Part shown: one piece after another, positions 18,838-28,900 of the stretch
Position numbering within the stretch: the stretch's first letter is position 1
How the letters are laid out: each line of letters begins with the position of its first letter
Assembly: GCA_051656605.1 (NCBI GenBank)
Contig: JBOGCF010000007.1
Span: 16,556-80,555, forward strand
DNA length: 64,000 nt
Direction: 5' to 3'
Source of the DNA: Tannerellaceae bacterium
GTDB lineage: Bacteria; Bacteroidota; Bacteroidia; Bacteroidales; CAMTPD01
Notes under the pieces: generated by a model
The model's input: only the letters and a program-made list of their open reading frames with translations
Database searches by the model: none
Told to the model about the DNA's origin: nothing
Program-made: the position numbers and the translations under genes

Positions 18838-18935
18838 TTCATCGAAAATGTAAATACCTCTTCAACGAAAACGATTTTGCGCTTTCGACGAAGACGATTT
18901 TACGGCTTCAATGAAAACATTTCCGGTATTTCACG
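18838..18935. repeat. Degenerate tandem repeat, 23-bp period, 4 full units, core TTC-N3-GAA
   Basis: Units start at 18838, 18861, 18884 and 18907 (ttcatcgaa, ttcaacgaa, ttcgacgaa, ttcaatgaa), with a partial unit at 18930. Confidence 0.75.
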
Positions 18936-19077
18936 CCTCTTTACGTATGATCACAGACGTTGACGCACATTGACGGATTTAAGCTTTTTACTCTGCCTTA
19001 TCTTCACGCTGTAATCGATTCACAACAAGTAAAACACTTTTAAAACAGAACAACATGTATGCGTTTATTTTATCGGG

Positions 19078-20037
19078 CTAGAAGGTTAAAACATTATAGC
19101 CTTGTTTGAGATAAGTGGTCAAGGGTATTCCCATTGGTAGAACCTCATAATTAAGCTGTTTCAAGGTTTCGACAACACCGTAAGCATCAGCACAAGCGAC
19201 GCAGGCCTGAATACGCACTCCGTCTTTCTGCATCTGTTGTATTTTCTTTTGCAAATCGACATTATTTGCAATTAGTTTTGCCGAAGGTCCCCAAATTACC
19301 AAGGTTACATCGCCATACCATTTGCTCTTTTGTGCTGCATGAGAATACATTAAAGCAACTCGTTAGGCAACCATAGGATTGTCGCTACTCCAAACTAAAA
19401 CGAGCTTATCATTATTGCTACTTTTCACCATTTGTGTTAGTTGCATTAAAACGTCGTCAGGATTGGCGCGCTGCTTGTAATCTGTATTGATATAGGCATA
19501 ACGAATCACTCCTTTTTGATCTATGATATAGGTTGCCGGAATGGGAAGTTCATTATTGGCATTTCCATTGTAAGTACTCAATGCAAAACTTTGCTCATAG
19601 CGATTGGCAGTTTGATCATCTAACTTAAAAACAAGATCGTATTGTCGGGCTACCTCATTATTTAAATCTGATAATACGACGAATGGTAATTCATTTTTTT
19701 CTTTTGTAGAAAGGCTCTTATCCGGTATTTCGGGAGTGATAGCAACTAGTGTTGCGCCTAATTGTTTTATGTCGTCGTTGACATCTGCCAGCCCTTTAAG
19801 TGCAACATTGCAATATGGGCACCACCCTCCTCTATACCAAGACAAAACCACAGGCCCTTTCTCGAGTAGCGAATACAGATTGATGGATGCTCCGGTTGCA
19901 TCTGTTAGCGTAAAGTCGGGAGCTTTTTCTCCTACTCGTATTCCTTGATCGGGACGTTGTGCTTTTGCAGTATAAGCATTCGTGAAGAATAAAGAAAGGA
20001 ATGCCAGTGCAAATAAATTCAGATTTTTCATATACAA
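19078..20037 (-). pseudogene. Exported peroxiredoxin-like (AhpC/TSA)-DsrE fusion interrupted by one in-frame TAA at 19363-19365 (ORF-track pieces 19363..20037 and 19078..19350)
   Basis: Signal peptide, APDFTL and WYRGGWCPYC; DsrE domain begins DKLVLVWSSDNPMVA, then TAA, then continues in the same frame RVALMYSHAA...VIWGPS...ACVACA. Confidence 0.8.
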
Positions 20038-20060
20038 CTTAATTTATTGGTTTGCATATA

Positions 20061-20088
20061 TAGTCGACTTATTGTGAAAAACCTGACA
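20061..20088 (-). promoter_or_regulatory. Candidate ECF-sigma promoter for the peroxiredoxin-DsrE gene
   Basis: Minus strand reads TGTCAGGTT-N13-CGACTA, about 24 nt upstream of the ORF; ECF-like bipartite form next to an ECF sigma gene. Confidence 0.5.
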
Positions 20089-20173
20089 TAAAAAAGAATC
20101 TTTTTTTTTACACAAGAGGATACAAATTTGTCTGATAAATTTACTATACTTGAGCATTCAAACAAAAGAACAG

Positions 20174-20725
20174 ATGAACGCCACTAACTCGCAAATATCA
20201 ACTTTAATCATCGAACAATGGATTGATGAGCATTCTGAGTTTCTTCTTAAAAGAGCTTTGTTTTCTTTGTCTGTAAAGGAGGATGCAGAAGACGTAGTAC
20301 AGGAGTTTTTTTTATCGTTGTGCCAACCAAATATCTCATACAATGAGAAAAGCTCGGTTCGAACTTGGCTCACAGCAATCTTGAACAATAAAATTGCCGA
20401 TTTCTATAAAAAGAAGTACAAGATAACTCAGGTTTCATTTCATCAAACGTTTGATAACCATGGAGAATGGATCGAACCACAACATCATTGGGAATGTGAT
20501 GATGAAATTACGGCTGATCCAGAATTTAGTTCCGTACTTGAAGGATGTATGGATAAACTACCCCCACAGTGGAAAATTATTGTAGGACAGGCTTATTTTT
20601 CTGGAGAAAAAGCTTTTGATATTTGTCAGAGTCTTAATATTTCGAATACAAACTACTGGAAAATCCTTCAACGAAGTAGAATTCATTTAAAAAAATGCCT
20701 CAACATTAATTGGTTTAATTCATAA
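20174..20725 (+). CDS. ECF sigma-70 factor
   Basis: EDAEDVVQE region-2 motif, RTWLTAILNNKIADFY, region-4 ICQSLNIS.TNYWKILQRSR; start placed at ATG 20174. Confidence 0.9.
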   Translation: MNATNSQISTLIIEQWIDEHSEFLLKRALFSLSVKEDAEDVVQEFFLSLCQPNISYNEKSSVRTWLTAILNNKIADFYKKKYKITQVSFHQTFDNHGEWIEPQHHWECDDEITADPEFSSVLEGCMDKLPPQWKIIVGQAYFSGEKAFDICQSLNISNTNYWKILQRSRIHLKKCLNINWFNS

Positions 20726-20730
20726 CTGAC

Positions 20731-21021
20731 ATGTATAAAGATTTTATTCACTTGTTTATTTTATCTTGCAATAAAGCTTCCTTCTTAATTGAGAAACGGT
20801 TTCACATGCCACTTTCTTGTGTAGAAAGACTCCAGTTAAACTTACACTTATGGGTCTGTGGCTCATGTAATCAATATCATACAGATGCCGCAATCATTGA
20901 TAAAACCATAAGGGACATTGCAAAATGTGACCACCTGGAAGCAAAAACGACATTTACAGTTGAGGAGTTAAGTGCAGCTCAATCTCGAATGAAAAAACAG
21001 ATCAACGAACACAATAAATAA
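20731..21021 (+). CDS. Soluble zinc-binding anti-sigma factor (zf-HC2/ZAS)
   Basis: LSCNKASFLIEK...HLWVCGSC (HxxxCxxC) directly after the ECF sigma gene; no transmembrane segment. Confidence 0.82.
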   Translation: MYKDFIHLFILSCNKASFLIEKRFHMPLSCVERLQLNLHLWVCGSCNQYHTDAAIIDKTIRDIAKCDHLEAKTTFTVEELSAAQSRMKKQINEHNK

Positions 21022-21089
21022 TCAATACTCGTATCATTCGTTTTTCATTCGAGCTCAAGATTATATGTACACTTATTTAATTATTTATA

Positions 21090-21908
21090 TCAGAAAGGAC
21101 TGAAAATCTTATTGTAAGTTTCCACAATTCCTGCGTAACATATTGTTATTATATCCTTATCAAACCCTATTTGTGCAGGAGCAGGTGTAGCAACATCCGG
21201 ACGATATAGATCAATATTTAGCTCACCGCTACGAATATCTGAAAAGATGTTGTAACCGCCTCGATAATAAAGAGGAATTAAACGATCGAGTATTCGAATA
21301 AAAGATAATGGTTGCACAGTAGTTGCTACTGCACGGTTCCAGTAATTGGGTATTTCCATATCACATTCGCCGGTTACTTTATTGAGTCGCTCATTTTGTT
21401 GCTCTACGTCTAATGCGTACGTATAGCTGTTTTTAATATAACGTGAGTAAAGATTCGTTCCGGTTATATGAAACAGATCTGCTCCTTTGCGCTGCACGTG
21501 ATAAAGATTGGTATGAACAATTGATGGTAAGTTGGTTTCACCATAGCCCCACAGCGAAAAGCTCTCTTTATAGCTCCACTGAGCATCTGGCTCGTTAAAT
21601 GCAACTCCATTCGTAATTACTGTTCCGAAGTCGACAATTACGATACTATCCCCATAGTTCTTTAAGGCGGAGGTTTCTCCAAAATAACGATTCACTATGC
21701 TTTGTTTTTCGGCTGATGTTTCGGCTCTATTCCATTGATCTACGGCCTCTAATATCTGCACTAGTTTTGATGCTTCATGATAAGCACCTACGAGATTGTC
21801 TGATACTTGACGTACACCTAAAGTTTGTGGAACATCCGGAGCCTCGTCTTTTGTACAAGAAGAAAAACCGATGATAATTGCTGAAATATAGAAGATTGCT
21901 TTTTTCAT
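21090..21908 (-). CDS. Hypothetical lipoprotein
   Basis: MKKAIFYISAIIIGFSSC lipoprotein signal from ATG 21908; no family recognised. Confidence 0.7.
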   Translation of the reverse strand: MKKAIFYISAIIIGFSSCTKDEAPDVPQTLGVRQVSDNLVGAYHEASKLVQILEAVDQWNRAETSAEKQSIVNRYFGETSALKNYGDSIVIVDFGTVITNGVAFNEPDAQWSYKESFSLWGYGETNLPSIVHTNLYHVQRKGADLFHITGTNLYSRYIKNSYTYALDVEQQNERLNKVTGECDMEIPNYWNRAVATTVQPLSFIRILDRLIPLYYRGGYNIFSDIRSGELNIDLYRPDVATPAPAQIGFDKDIITICYAGIVETYNKIFSPF

Positions 21909-21943
21909 ATTGCTGTAACTTTGTAGATTTTGTATAAGATTCG

Positions 21944-22615
21944 TCATTTTCCAAAACGATAACCGGCTCCGATTTTAAAAACACCATTGGTCCCGGCTCC
22001 TACTTCTGCAAAACCAAACCATGTTTTACCAACACTTACACCCAATGCAACCACATCTACTCCTATATGATTTTCAGATGATTTCCAGGACCCTTTTCCT
22101 CCGTAATGAATATCTCCGGAATGGTATGAATTATCCTCAAAGGCTTTAGTACGATCTAGTTCAAAAACTACCCCCAACGCGAATGACGAATAAAGACGAA
22201 CCATATCGCGACGGAACCAATTAAAGGTAGCACGAGGCATAATTGTAACGTAATGTTCTGAATATCTATAGGCTAATGTTTGGTCATAAATACTATATGA
22301 GTTTTGATAGTTCATGGTATAGGCAACTGTTGCCCCTACCGACAACCACTTGAACGGTCTAAAGTTATAATCTACAGCCAAAGAAGGCATGTAAACTCTG
22401 TCTCCTTGATAGAGGTTATTGTACCAATCTTCTATTCCCTGATAAGGCATATAATATGCATCTCCCCAATAACGTACATGAACTAATGGCAAAACGCCTA
22501 CATTCATGCGGACTTCATGCTTTAATGCCGTGTCAAAGTTTTCTGCCTTAAGGGTGGTTACATTACTCGTTAAAGTTAAAGACAACGTGGCTAATGAGTA
22601 AAAAAGTTTTTTCAT
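21944..22615 (-). CDS. Outer-membrane beta-barrel protein
   Basis: Signal peptide, alternating amphipathic strands, C-terminal GFAEVGAG...IGAGYRF barrel signature. Confidence 0.75.
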   Translation of the reverse strand: MKKLFYSLATLSLTLTSNVTTLKAENFDTALKHEVRMNVGVLPLVHVRYWGDAYYMPYQGIEDWYNNLYQGDRVYMPSLAVDYNFRPFKWLSVGATVAYTMNYQNSYSIYDQTLAYRYSEHYVTIMPRATFNWFRRDMVRLYSSFALGVVFELDRTKAFEDNSYHSGDIHYGGKGSWKSSENHIGVDVVALGVSVGKTWFGFAEVGAGTNGVFKIGAGYRFGK

Positions 22616-22685
22616 GAAACAATTTCTTAGTATGTAAAACTTTACAAATATACGGCAATATTTTTATTTGCAAAGTTTTGTATAC

Positions 22686-23036
22686 TTACTCTTGAATCAA
22701 ATGATATCCGGCTGTTTCACACTCTAAAACCTTAAAGATTCCGCCTTCGGGAACAATCACTAAATCCGAAAGAATATTTGTCTTGTCAATATTGTATTTA
22801 TGTACCGTATTTCCACATAACCAAAACTGAACATCCGCTTGCAAAAATTGAGATAAACGCTCTCTGAATTCTTGTAAAATAGTTCCCTTAAGACAGGAAA
22901 GAATAGCTGTATCTGTAATAACTACGCCTATTTGATCAATCTTTTGTGGTTGTTTTAAAAGGTTGGATAAGTGTCCGAAAAGATGATCCCATTTATTATT
23001 ATCGCTAATTAAAAATACGATTTTATAGGTTTCCAT
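22686..23036 (-). CDS. DsrE/DsrF-like family protein
   Basis: KIVFLIS...NLL...VQFWLCGNT...VPEGG...GY pattern of small DsrE-like proteins. Confidence 0.6.
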   Translation of the reverse strand: METYKIVFLISDNNKWDHLFGHLSNLLKQPQKIDQIGVVITDTAILSCLKGTILQEFRERLSQFLQADVQFWLCGNTVHKYNIDKTNILSDLVIVPEGGIFKVLECETAGYHLIQE

Positions 23037-23142
23037 AATAAGATGTTTTAATGATTATGCTATCTTTTAATCAACAAACCGATAAAGCAAATGTTGCATA
23101 AGATGCTATTCTTGTCTTTGCGACTTACAAACATTATTTTTA

Positions 23143-23150
23143 TATATTTG
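23143..23150 (+). promoter_or_regulatory. Sigma-A -7 element upstream of the GH16 gene
   Basis: tatatttg matches TAnnTTTG; tttg at 23117-23120 as a possible -33 element. Confidence 0.55.
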
Positions 23151-23181
23151 CATATATTGTTATCCTAAATGATCTTATAAA

Positions 23182-23976
23182 ATGAAAAAGCTCTTACTTC
23201 TCGTAATTATGTTGACTGGTTGTGTAGCATGTAAAAACAATGCAAACCGCCCTACTCCTATAGGTGCAGCAAACCCTGAAGAGTGGGTATACTGTGAACA
23301 ATTGAGCGATGAGTTTGACGGCATTGATGTAGATACATCGAAATGGTATACTTACAATCCGATATGGTTGGGACGAGAACCTTCGCTTTTCTTAAAAGAG
23401 AATGTGATGGTACGAGACGGATCTTTGGTACTTACCGGCCGACGCCAAGATGTATCGAATGCACCTGAAGGCTATCATACATTCACCTCTGCAGCGGTAC
23501 AAAGTAGAGATACCGCACATTATGGTTTCTTTGAAATTAGATGTAAGCCAATGGATTCGGCTCTATCAAGCGCTTTCTGGCTCTATACACGCGATGAAGT
23601 AAAACAGGAGGAGATTGATATCTTTGAAATCTGCGGACGACACGATACAGACTCCACCTATCAGCATACGCTTTTCGCCACAAGTCACTTTATGATTATG
23701 CCGCATGACATCCATCTAAGTGATCATGTTGCTCACAAAACTGATTATCGCTTGGCCGATAGATATATTACGGTTGGTTTGGAATGGAATGAACGTGAAT
23801 TAATTTGGTATCTGGATGGAGAGATAATCCGCCGTCGCAAGAATGACTTCTGGCAACTTCCCGAAACGATCAACTTCGACAGTGAAGCATTTCCTACTTG
23901 GTGGGGACTTCCTTCAGACACCGATAATGGCGGAGAATTTATCATCGAGTATTTTAGATATTGGACTAGAAAATAG
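23182..23976 (+). CDS. Glycoside hydrolase family 16 lipoprotein
   Basis: LSDEFDG, YGFFEIR, SSAFWL, catalytic EIDIFE, WYLDG and IEYFRYW motifs; lipoprotein-type N-terminus. Confidence 0.9.
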   Translation: MKKLLLLVIMLTGCVACKNNANRPTPIGAANPEEWVYCEQLSDEFDGIDVDTSKWYTYNPIWLGREPSLFLKENVMVRDGSLVLTGRRQDVSNAPEGYHTFTSAAVQSRDTAHYGFFEIRCKPMDSALSSAFWLYTRDEVKQEEIDIFEICGRHDTDSTYQHTLFATSHFMIMPHDIHLSDHVAHKTDYRLADRYITVGLEWNERELIWYLDGEIIRRRKNDFWQLPETINFDSEAFPTWWGLPSDTDNGGEFIIEYFRYWTRK

Positions 23977-24076
23977 CGATATACTCTTGAATCGATAGTT
24001 TGCTGCAAGAATTGTAAAAAGACTTTGCTTTTGACTATCTCTTGCAGCAGGATCTATCAGAATAATTAAATGATTG

Positions 24077-25231
24077 TTATTTTGCAATGTTTAGGATTTG
24101 ACGTACTACATCTGGTGTAATATTGCCACATTCTCCTAATACAGTATTACGCTCAGTAAATCGACGAACAATCTCTTCGATGGTATCTTCACCTACACTT
24201 ACTTCGTTCAATCGTGTAGGTAATCCCATTTCGCGAAAGAAGCTTTCAGTTGCAACAATTGTATTATCTATTCGTTGGGTTGCGCTTCCTTCTTTTATTC
24301 CCCATACACGCTCACCATATTGCAAAAGTTTCACATGTTTTTGCTCTTTCATTACTCGAAGTGTGGCCGGATATACAATAGCTAATGTAACAGCGTGAGT
24401 TAGTCCATGTAATGCTGTAAGCTCATGACCGATCAGGTGGGTTGCCCAATCTTGATCTACACCCATCGCTACAATTCCATTGAGAGCCATTGTTGCAGAT
24501 AGCATAAACTCACTCATTGTTTCATAATCGGGTTTTTCTGTTCGCAAAGACGGTGCAATCTCTACAAGCGTTTGTAAGATACCTTCGGCCCAACGATCCA
24601 TTAATTTTGTACCGACAGGAATGGTCAGGTATTGCTCTACAACGTGTACAAATGTATCAACAACTCCACATGATACCTGAAATTTAGGAAGAGAGTAAGT
24701 TACTTCCGGATCTAGAATCGAAAATTGAGGGAAGTTTGTATCTGCAAAAAACGGATATTTCTCTTTGGTGGCTGTACGTGAAATAACGGCTCCGTTATTC
24801 ATCTCCGAACCTGTTGCCGGTAAAGTGAGAACGGATGCTAAAGGTACTGTTGATTTGATCAATGAGTTGTCTTTGACGAAGTCCCATTCTTCTCCAGTAG
24901 TATAAGGTATTGCTGCTGCTATGAATTTAGTACCGTCGATCACTGACCCGCCTCCTACAGCTAGTAATAAGTCAACTTTCTCATTTCTACCCAGCTCTAC
25001 TGCTTTCATCAATGTTTCATATGTAGGGTTTGATTCGATTCCCCAAAACTCAATACAAGTGTGTGCACTCAAAGCTGCTTTTACTTGATCGTAGACTCCA
25101 TTTGTTTTTACACTGCCTCCTCCAAATGTAATCATCACCTTTGCAGATGCAGGAACTAATTGGGCTAGTTGTGCGATAGATCCTTTACCGAATACTAGTT
25201 TCGTTGGATTTACAAATTCAAAATTTCTCAT
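24077..25231 (-). CDS. Iron-containing NAD(P)H alcohol/aldehyde dehydrogenase (YqhD/Bdh-like)
   Basis: NPTKLVFGKG, AVGGGSVIDGTK, TLPATGSEMN, DWATHLIGHELTALHGLTHA. Confidence 0.92.
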   Translation of the reverse strand: MRNFEFVNPTKLVFGKGSIAQLAQLVPASAKVMITFGGGSVKTNGVYDQVKAALSAHTCIEFWGIESNPTYETLMKAVELGRNEKVDLLLAVGGGSVIDGTKFIAAAIPYTTGEEWDFVKDNSLIKSTVPLASVLTLPATGSEMNNGAVISRTATKEKYPFFADTNFPQFSILDPEVTYSLPKFQVSCGVVDTFVHVVEQYLTIPVGTKLMDRWAEGILQTLVEIAPSLRTEKPDYETMSEFMLSATMALNGIVAMGVDQDWATHLIGHELTALHGLTHAVTLAIVYPATLRVMKEQKHVKLLQYGERVWGIKEGSATQRIDNTIVATESFFREMGLPTRLNEVSVGEDTIEEIVRRFTERNTVLGECGNITPDVVRQILNIAK

Positions 25232-25259
25232 ACTATTTCATTCTATCTATTTATAGACA

Positions 25260-25371
25260 CAAAGGTAGAATGTAGCATCATACCGATCAATTACTGAAAA
25301 AAGATTCATATATGGATAAATTTATCCGTATACTACTCCTTTTCGTAGGTATAAACAGTTTTATATCTTTG
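25260..25371. promoter_or_regulatory. Divergent sigma-A -7 elements for the dehydrogenase and HxlR genes
   Basis: caaaggta at 25260-25267 (tacctttg on minus) and tatctttg at 25364-25371 on plus. Confidence 0.55.
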
Positions 25372-25387
25372 CAAGAAATAAACGATT

Positions 25388-25735
25388 ATGTATGAAAGAA
25401 AAACTCCGCTTGATATGTCTTGCGGTATACGCATAACAATGTGCTTAATAGGTGCCAAATGGAAGCCTTGCCTTATTGATATGCTACGTGATGGAGCAAT
25501 GCGACCTAGCGAAATCCATAAAAACATGCCTGAAGCAACACCTAGAGTATTGAATCAGCAATTAAAAGAGCTAGAAGAACATGGCATTGTAAAAAAAGAG
25601 ATTTTTCCGGTATTACCTCCTCACTCAGAATACTCACTCACCGAACTGGGAAAAGACTTACTTCCAATTATTGATATGCTAGATGATTGGGGAGAGTCTC
25701 ATCGTGCAAATTTTGAATGCACAAATCTCGATTAA
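25388..25735 (+). CDS. HxlR-family winged-helix transcriptional regulator
   Basis: CG...IGAKWK, RVLNQQLKELEEHGIV, PPHSEYSLTELG. Confidence 0.9.
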   Translation: MYERKTPLDMSCGIRITMCLIGAKWKPCLIDMLRDGAMRPSEIHKNMPEATPRVLNQQLKELEEHGIVKKEIFPVLPPHSEYSLTELGKDLLPIIDMLDDWGESHRANFECTNLD

Positions 25736-25929
25736 GTGATCGAGTCGTCCTCTTTGTTAACCTTATCCCTTCGCATTTCAGAAAATAATTTAGTAAGATT
25801 ATACAATCATTCAAATAAATAACACAAATACATTAACATTTCATATATGTTCTTTTGCTTTAATAAATGAAAAGACAGCTTTAAAAACCAACTATGTGTT
25901 AACATGTTTACTTTAAACACCATGAATTT

Positions 25930-28900
25930 ATGAACAAATCGAGATTTCTAAGAAGTTCGTACGCACAACTCTTAATTTCTAATCGAAAAGAAATATTGTG
26001 CTTTTCTTCTATTGTGTTACTATCTACCAGTCCCTCGGCCTTCGCCTTGGAAACAGATCATTTAAAACCAACAAGTCTAGAGCAGACACAGCGACAGAAA
26101 CAAACCATTAAAGGAAATGTCAAAGACTCAAATGGGGAGCCTGTAATCGGAGCCAATGTGAAGGCCTTAGGAACAACTGATGGTACAATTACCGATTTTG
26201 AAGGGAATTTTGAGATTCAAACTACACCTGGCACCACACTTCAGGTTTCATATATTGGATATCAATCACAAAATGTAACTGCTCAAGCAGGCAGACCTCT
26301 AATCGTTGTCTTAGTTGAAGATACCGAAAATCTGGACGAAGTTGTTGTCGTTGGATATGGAACACAACGAAAGTCTGACGTCACAGGTTCAATCTCGGTA
26401 GCCACAGCAGAAGATATTTTAAAAACTCCGGCATTCAATGCGCTTGACGGATTGAAAGGTAAAGCTGCAGGCGTTAACATCTTTACAAATTCCGGACAAC
26501 CCGGCGGAAATACCCGTGTAATTATTCGTGGTATCGGAACTATTAATTCATCATCAAACCCTTTATATGTTGTTGATGGAGTGGTAATGGAAGAGTTTCA
26601 ATATTTAAACCCTAATGATATTGAACGAATGGAAGTGCTAAAAGATGCATCATCAACTGCTATTTATGGTGCTCGTGGTGCTAATGGTGTAATCCTCGTA
26701 ACAACTAAACGTGGAAATAAAAAAGAAGGATCGACTGTTTCATACAATGGATATGTAAGTCTATCGCATAGGGCAAGCTCAATGGATGTAATGGATTCGA
26801 ATCAGTTTATGCAAGCCATGCGTACAAGTTACCAAAATGCAAATACCTATTACGGAAAACAGGCTGAGTTACTCCTTAATGACAGAAATTTATTTGACGC
26901 AGATGGTAACCCGCTATACAATACAAACTGGCAAGATGAAGCAACACGTACTGCTTTCTCTCAAAACCATCAACTCAATATTCTTCACGGCGGAAAAAAC
27001 ACATCCATGGGTGCATTTTTGAATTTCACGGACGAACAGGGCATTATGCTTAACTCTTGGATGAAGCGTATTAATGCTAAAATGGCTTTTGATGCAAAAC
27101 CGATGAAGTGGCTTTCTACTGGAGTCAATGTGTTAGTCAACCATACATGGGCTAATGAGGCTGAAGAAACAGGTGGAGGACAAGTAGCTCGTCGTACAAT
27201 GATTGAAATGCCACCTATTTTTCCTGTGAAATTTCCAGATGGAGCATGGTCTAATTCCTTCTCTTCTTCTGATGAATTTGGGTTTGAAGCAATGGCAAAT
27301 CCTGTTCACATCCTTGAAACACAAAAACGCAATCGATACAGAACTCAAATTTTTGGTAATGCAGCATTAACTTTTCATATACTCCCATCTCTTGAGCTAA
27401 GAACTCAGATCGGTGTAGATGGACACTTAAACACTACTAAAGAATATAGCCCTAAAGATTTAATAAATATATCGGCTCCTAATGGAAGGGCATATATCAG
27501 TAATAATGATTGGCTTTATTGGCAAGAAGAAACATTTTTAACTTACAATAATGTATTCGGTAAACATCGACTCAATGGTGTATTAGGGATGTCTTGGCAA
27601 GCCCGTACATCTACAGGAAACAGTACACAAAGTGAAGGTTTTCCTGATGACTTTTTCGGATATGACAATATTGGAGCGGGAACCTCTCCTTCCGCACCAA
27701 GCTCATGGTATGATAAATGGGCAATGAACTCATATTTTCTCAGAGCTGGCTACACTTATAATGATCGATATATGGCAACTGTGACTGCTCGTGTTGATGG
27801 ATCGTCAAAATTTGGAAAGAACAACAAATATGCGTTCTTCCCATCGGTAGGGTTAGGTTGGATCATTTCTAACGAATCATTTATGAAAGACGCAACTTGG
27901 CTAGATCAATTAAAATTACATACGAGTTACGGCGTTACAGGTAATAGTGAGATTGGTGTATATAGATCTTTGGCAACTATTGCATCTGGCACGATCTTGC
28001 AAAATGGAAATCGTCAGCCAAGTAGTTATGTTACACGCTTACCAAATCCAGATTTAAAATGGGAAAAAACCGAACAGTTTGATGTCGGCTTTAATATAAG
28101 TATGTTCGCTAATCGGGTAAGCTTTGAAACATCTTACTATCATAAACTAACTAAAGATTTATTACTTGACCGTCCGGTTCCACATAGCACCGGATTCTCA
28201 TCTGTAATTGATAACATCGGTAGTGTAAAAAATCAGGGTCTTGAGTTTATGCTTAATACTGTCAATGTACAAACAAAAGATTTTAGATGGAGTTCTACAA
28301 TCAATCTAAACTGGAACAAAAATGAGGTTGTAAAACTCGGAGCCAATAACGAAGACATTGAGCCAGGACCATGGTGGGTTTCCGGAAGTCAGATTCGCTT
28401 ATCTGTAGGCCAACCTCTAAGCTCGTTTTATGGATATGAACGTTTGGGTATTTGGGGTGAAGATGAGGCTGATGAAGCTGCTAAAGTTGGAGCCAAACCT
28501 GGAGAAGCCAAACGATCTAAAGACAAGAAGTTCTTAGGCAAAGGTCTTCCGGATGTAACTGGGAGCTTCTCTAATAAATTCTCATATAAAAACTTCGATT
28601 TTACATTTGATTTGCAATATGCATGGGGTGTGGATATTTTACAACAATACATGCACTCTGTAGAGGATCGTTTTGGATATTCTAATGGCTTAAGCACAAT
28701 ATTGACTGATGCTTGGTCTCCTCAAAATCCAAATACAATGATACAGGCTATTCGTAATGCTCCGCTCACAGGACAAAGTTCGGAACTTGATTCTCATTGG
28801 GTCTGTGATGGATCGTACCTACGAGCTAATTTAATCCAATTAGGATATACATTTGATCGTGTTACTTTGGATAAAATAAAGTTAGATGCCCTTCGTATTT

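Noticed and set aside
17800-18935. The three periodic arrays as CRISPR arrays
   Set aside because: Periods of 21-23 bp are too short for a repeat plus spacer, the repeats are degenerate, and there are no cas genes in the window.
19363-19365. Selenocysteine or pyrrolysine recoding of the stop in the redox gene
   Set aside because: The codon is TAA, not TGA or TAG, and the position is not a catalytic Cys; other genes in the window use TAA as a normal stop.
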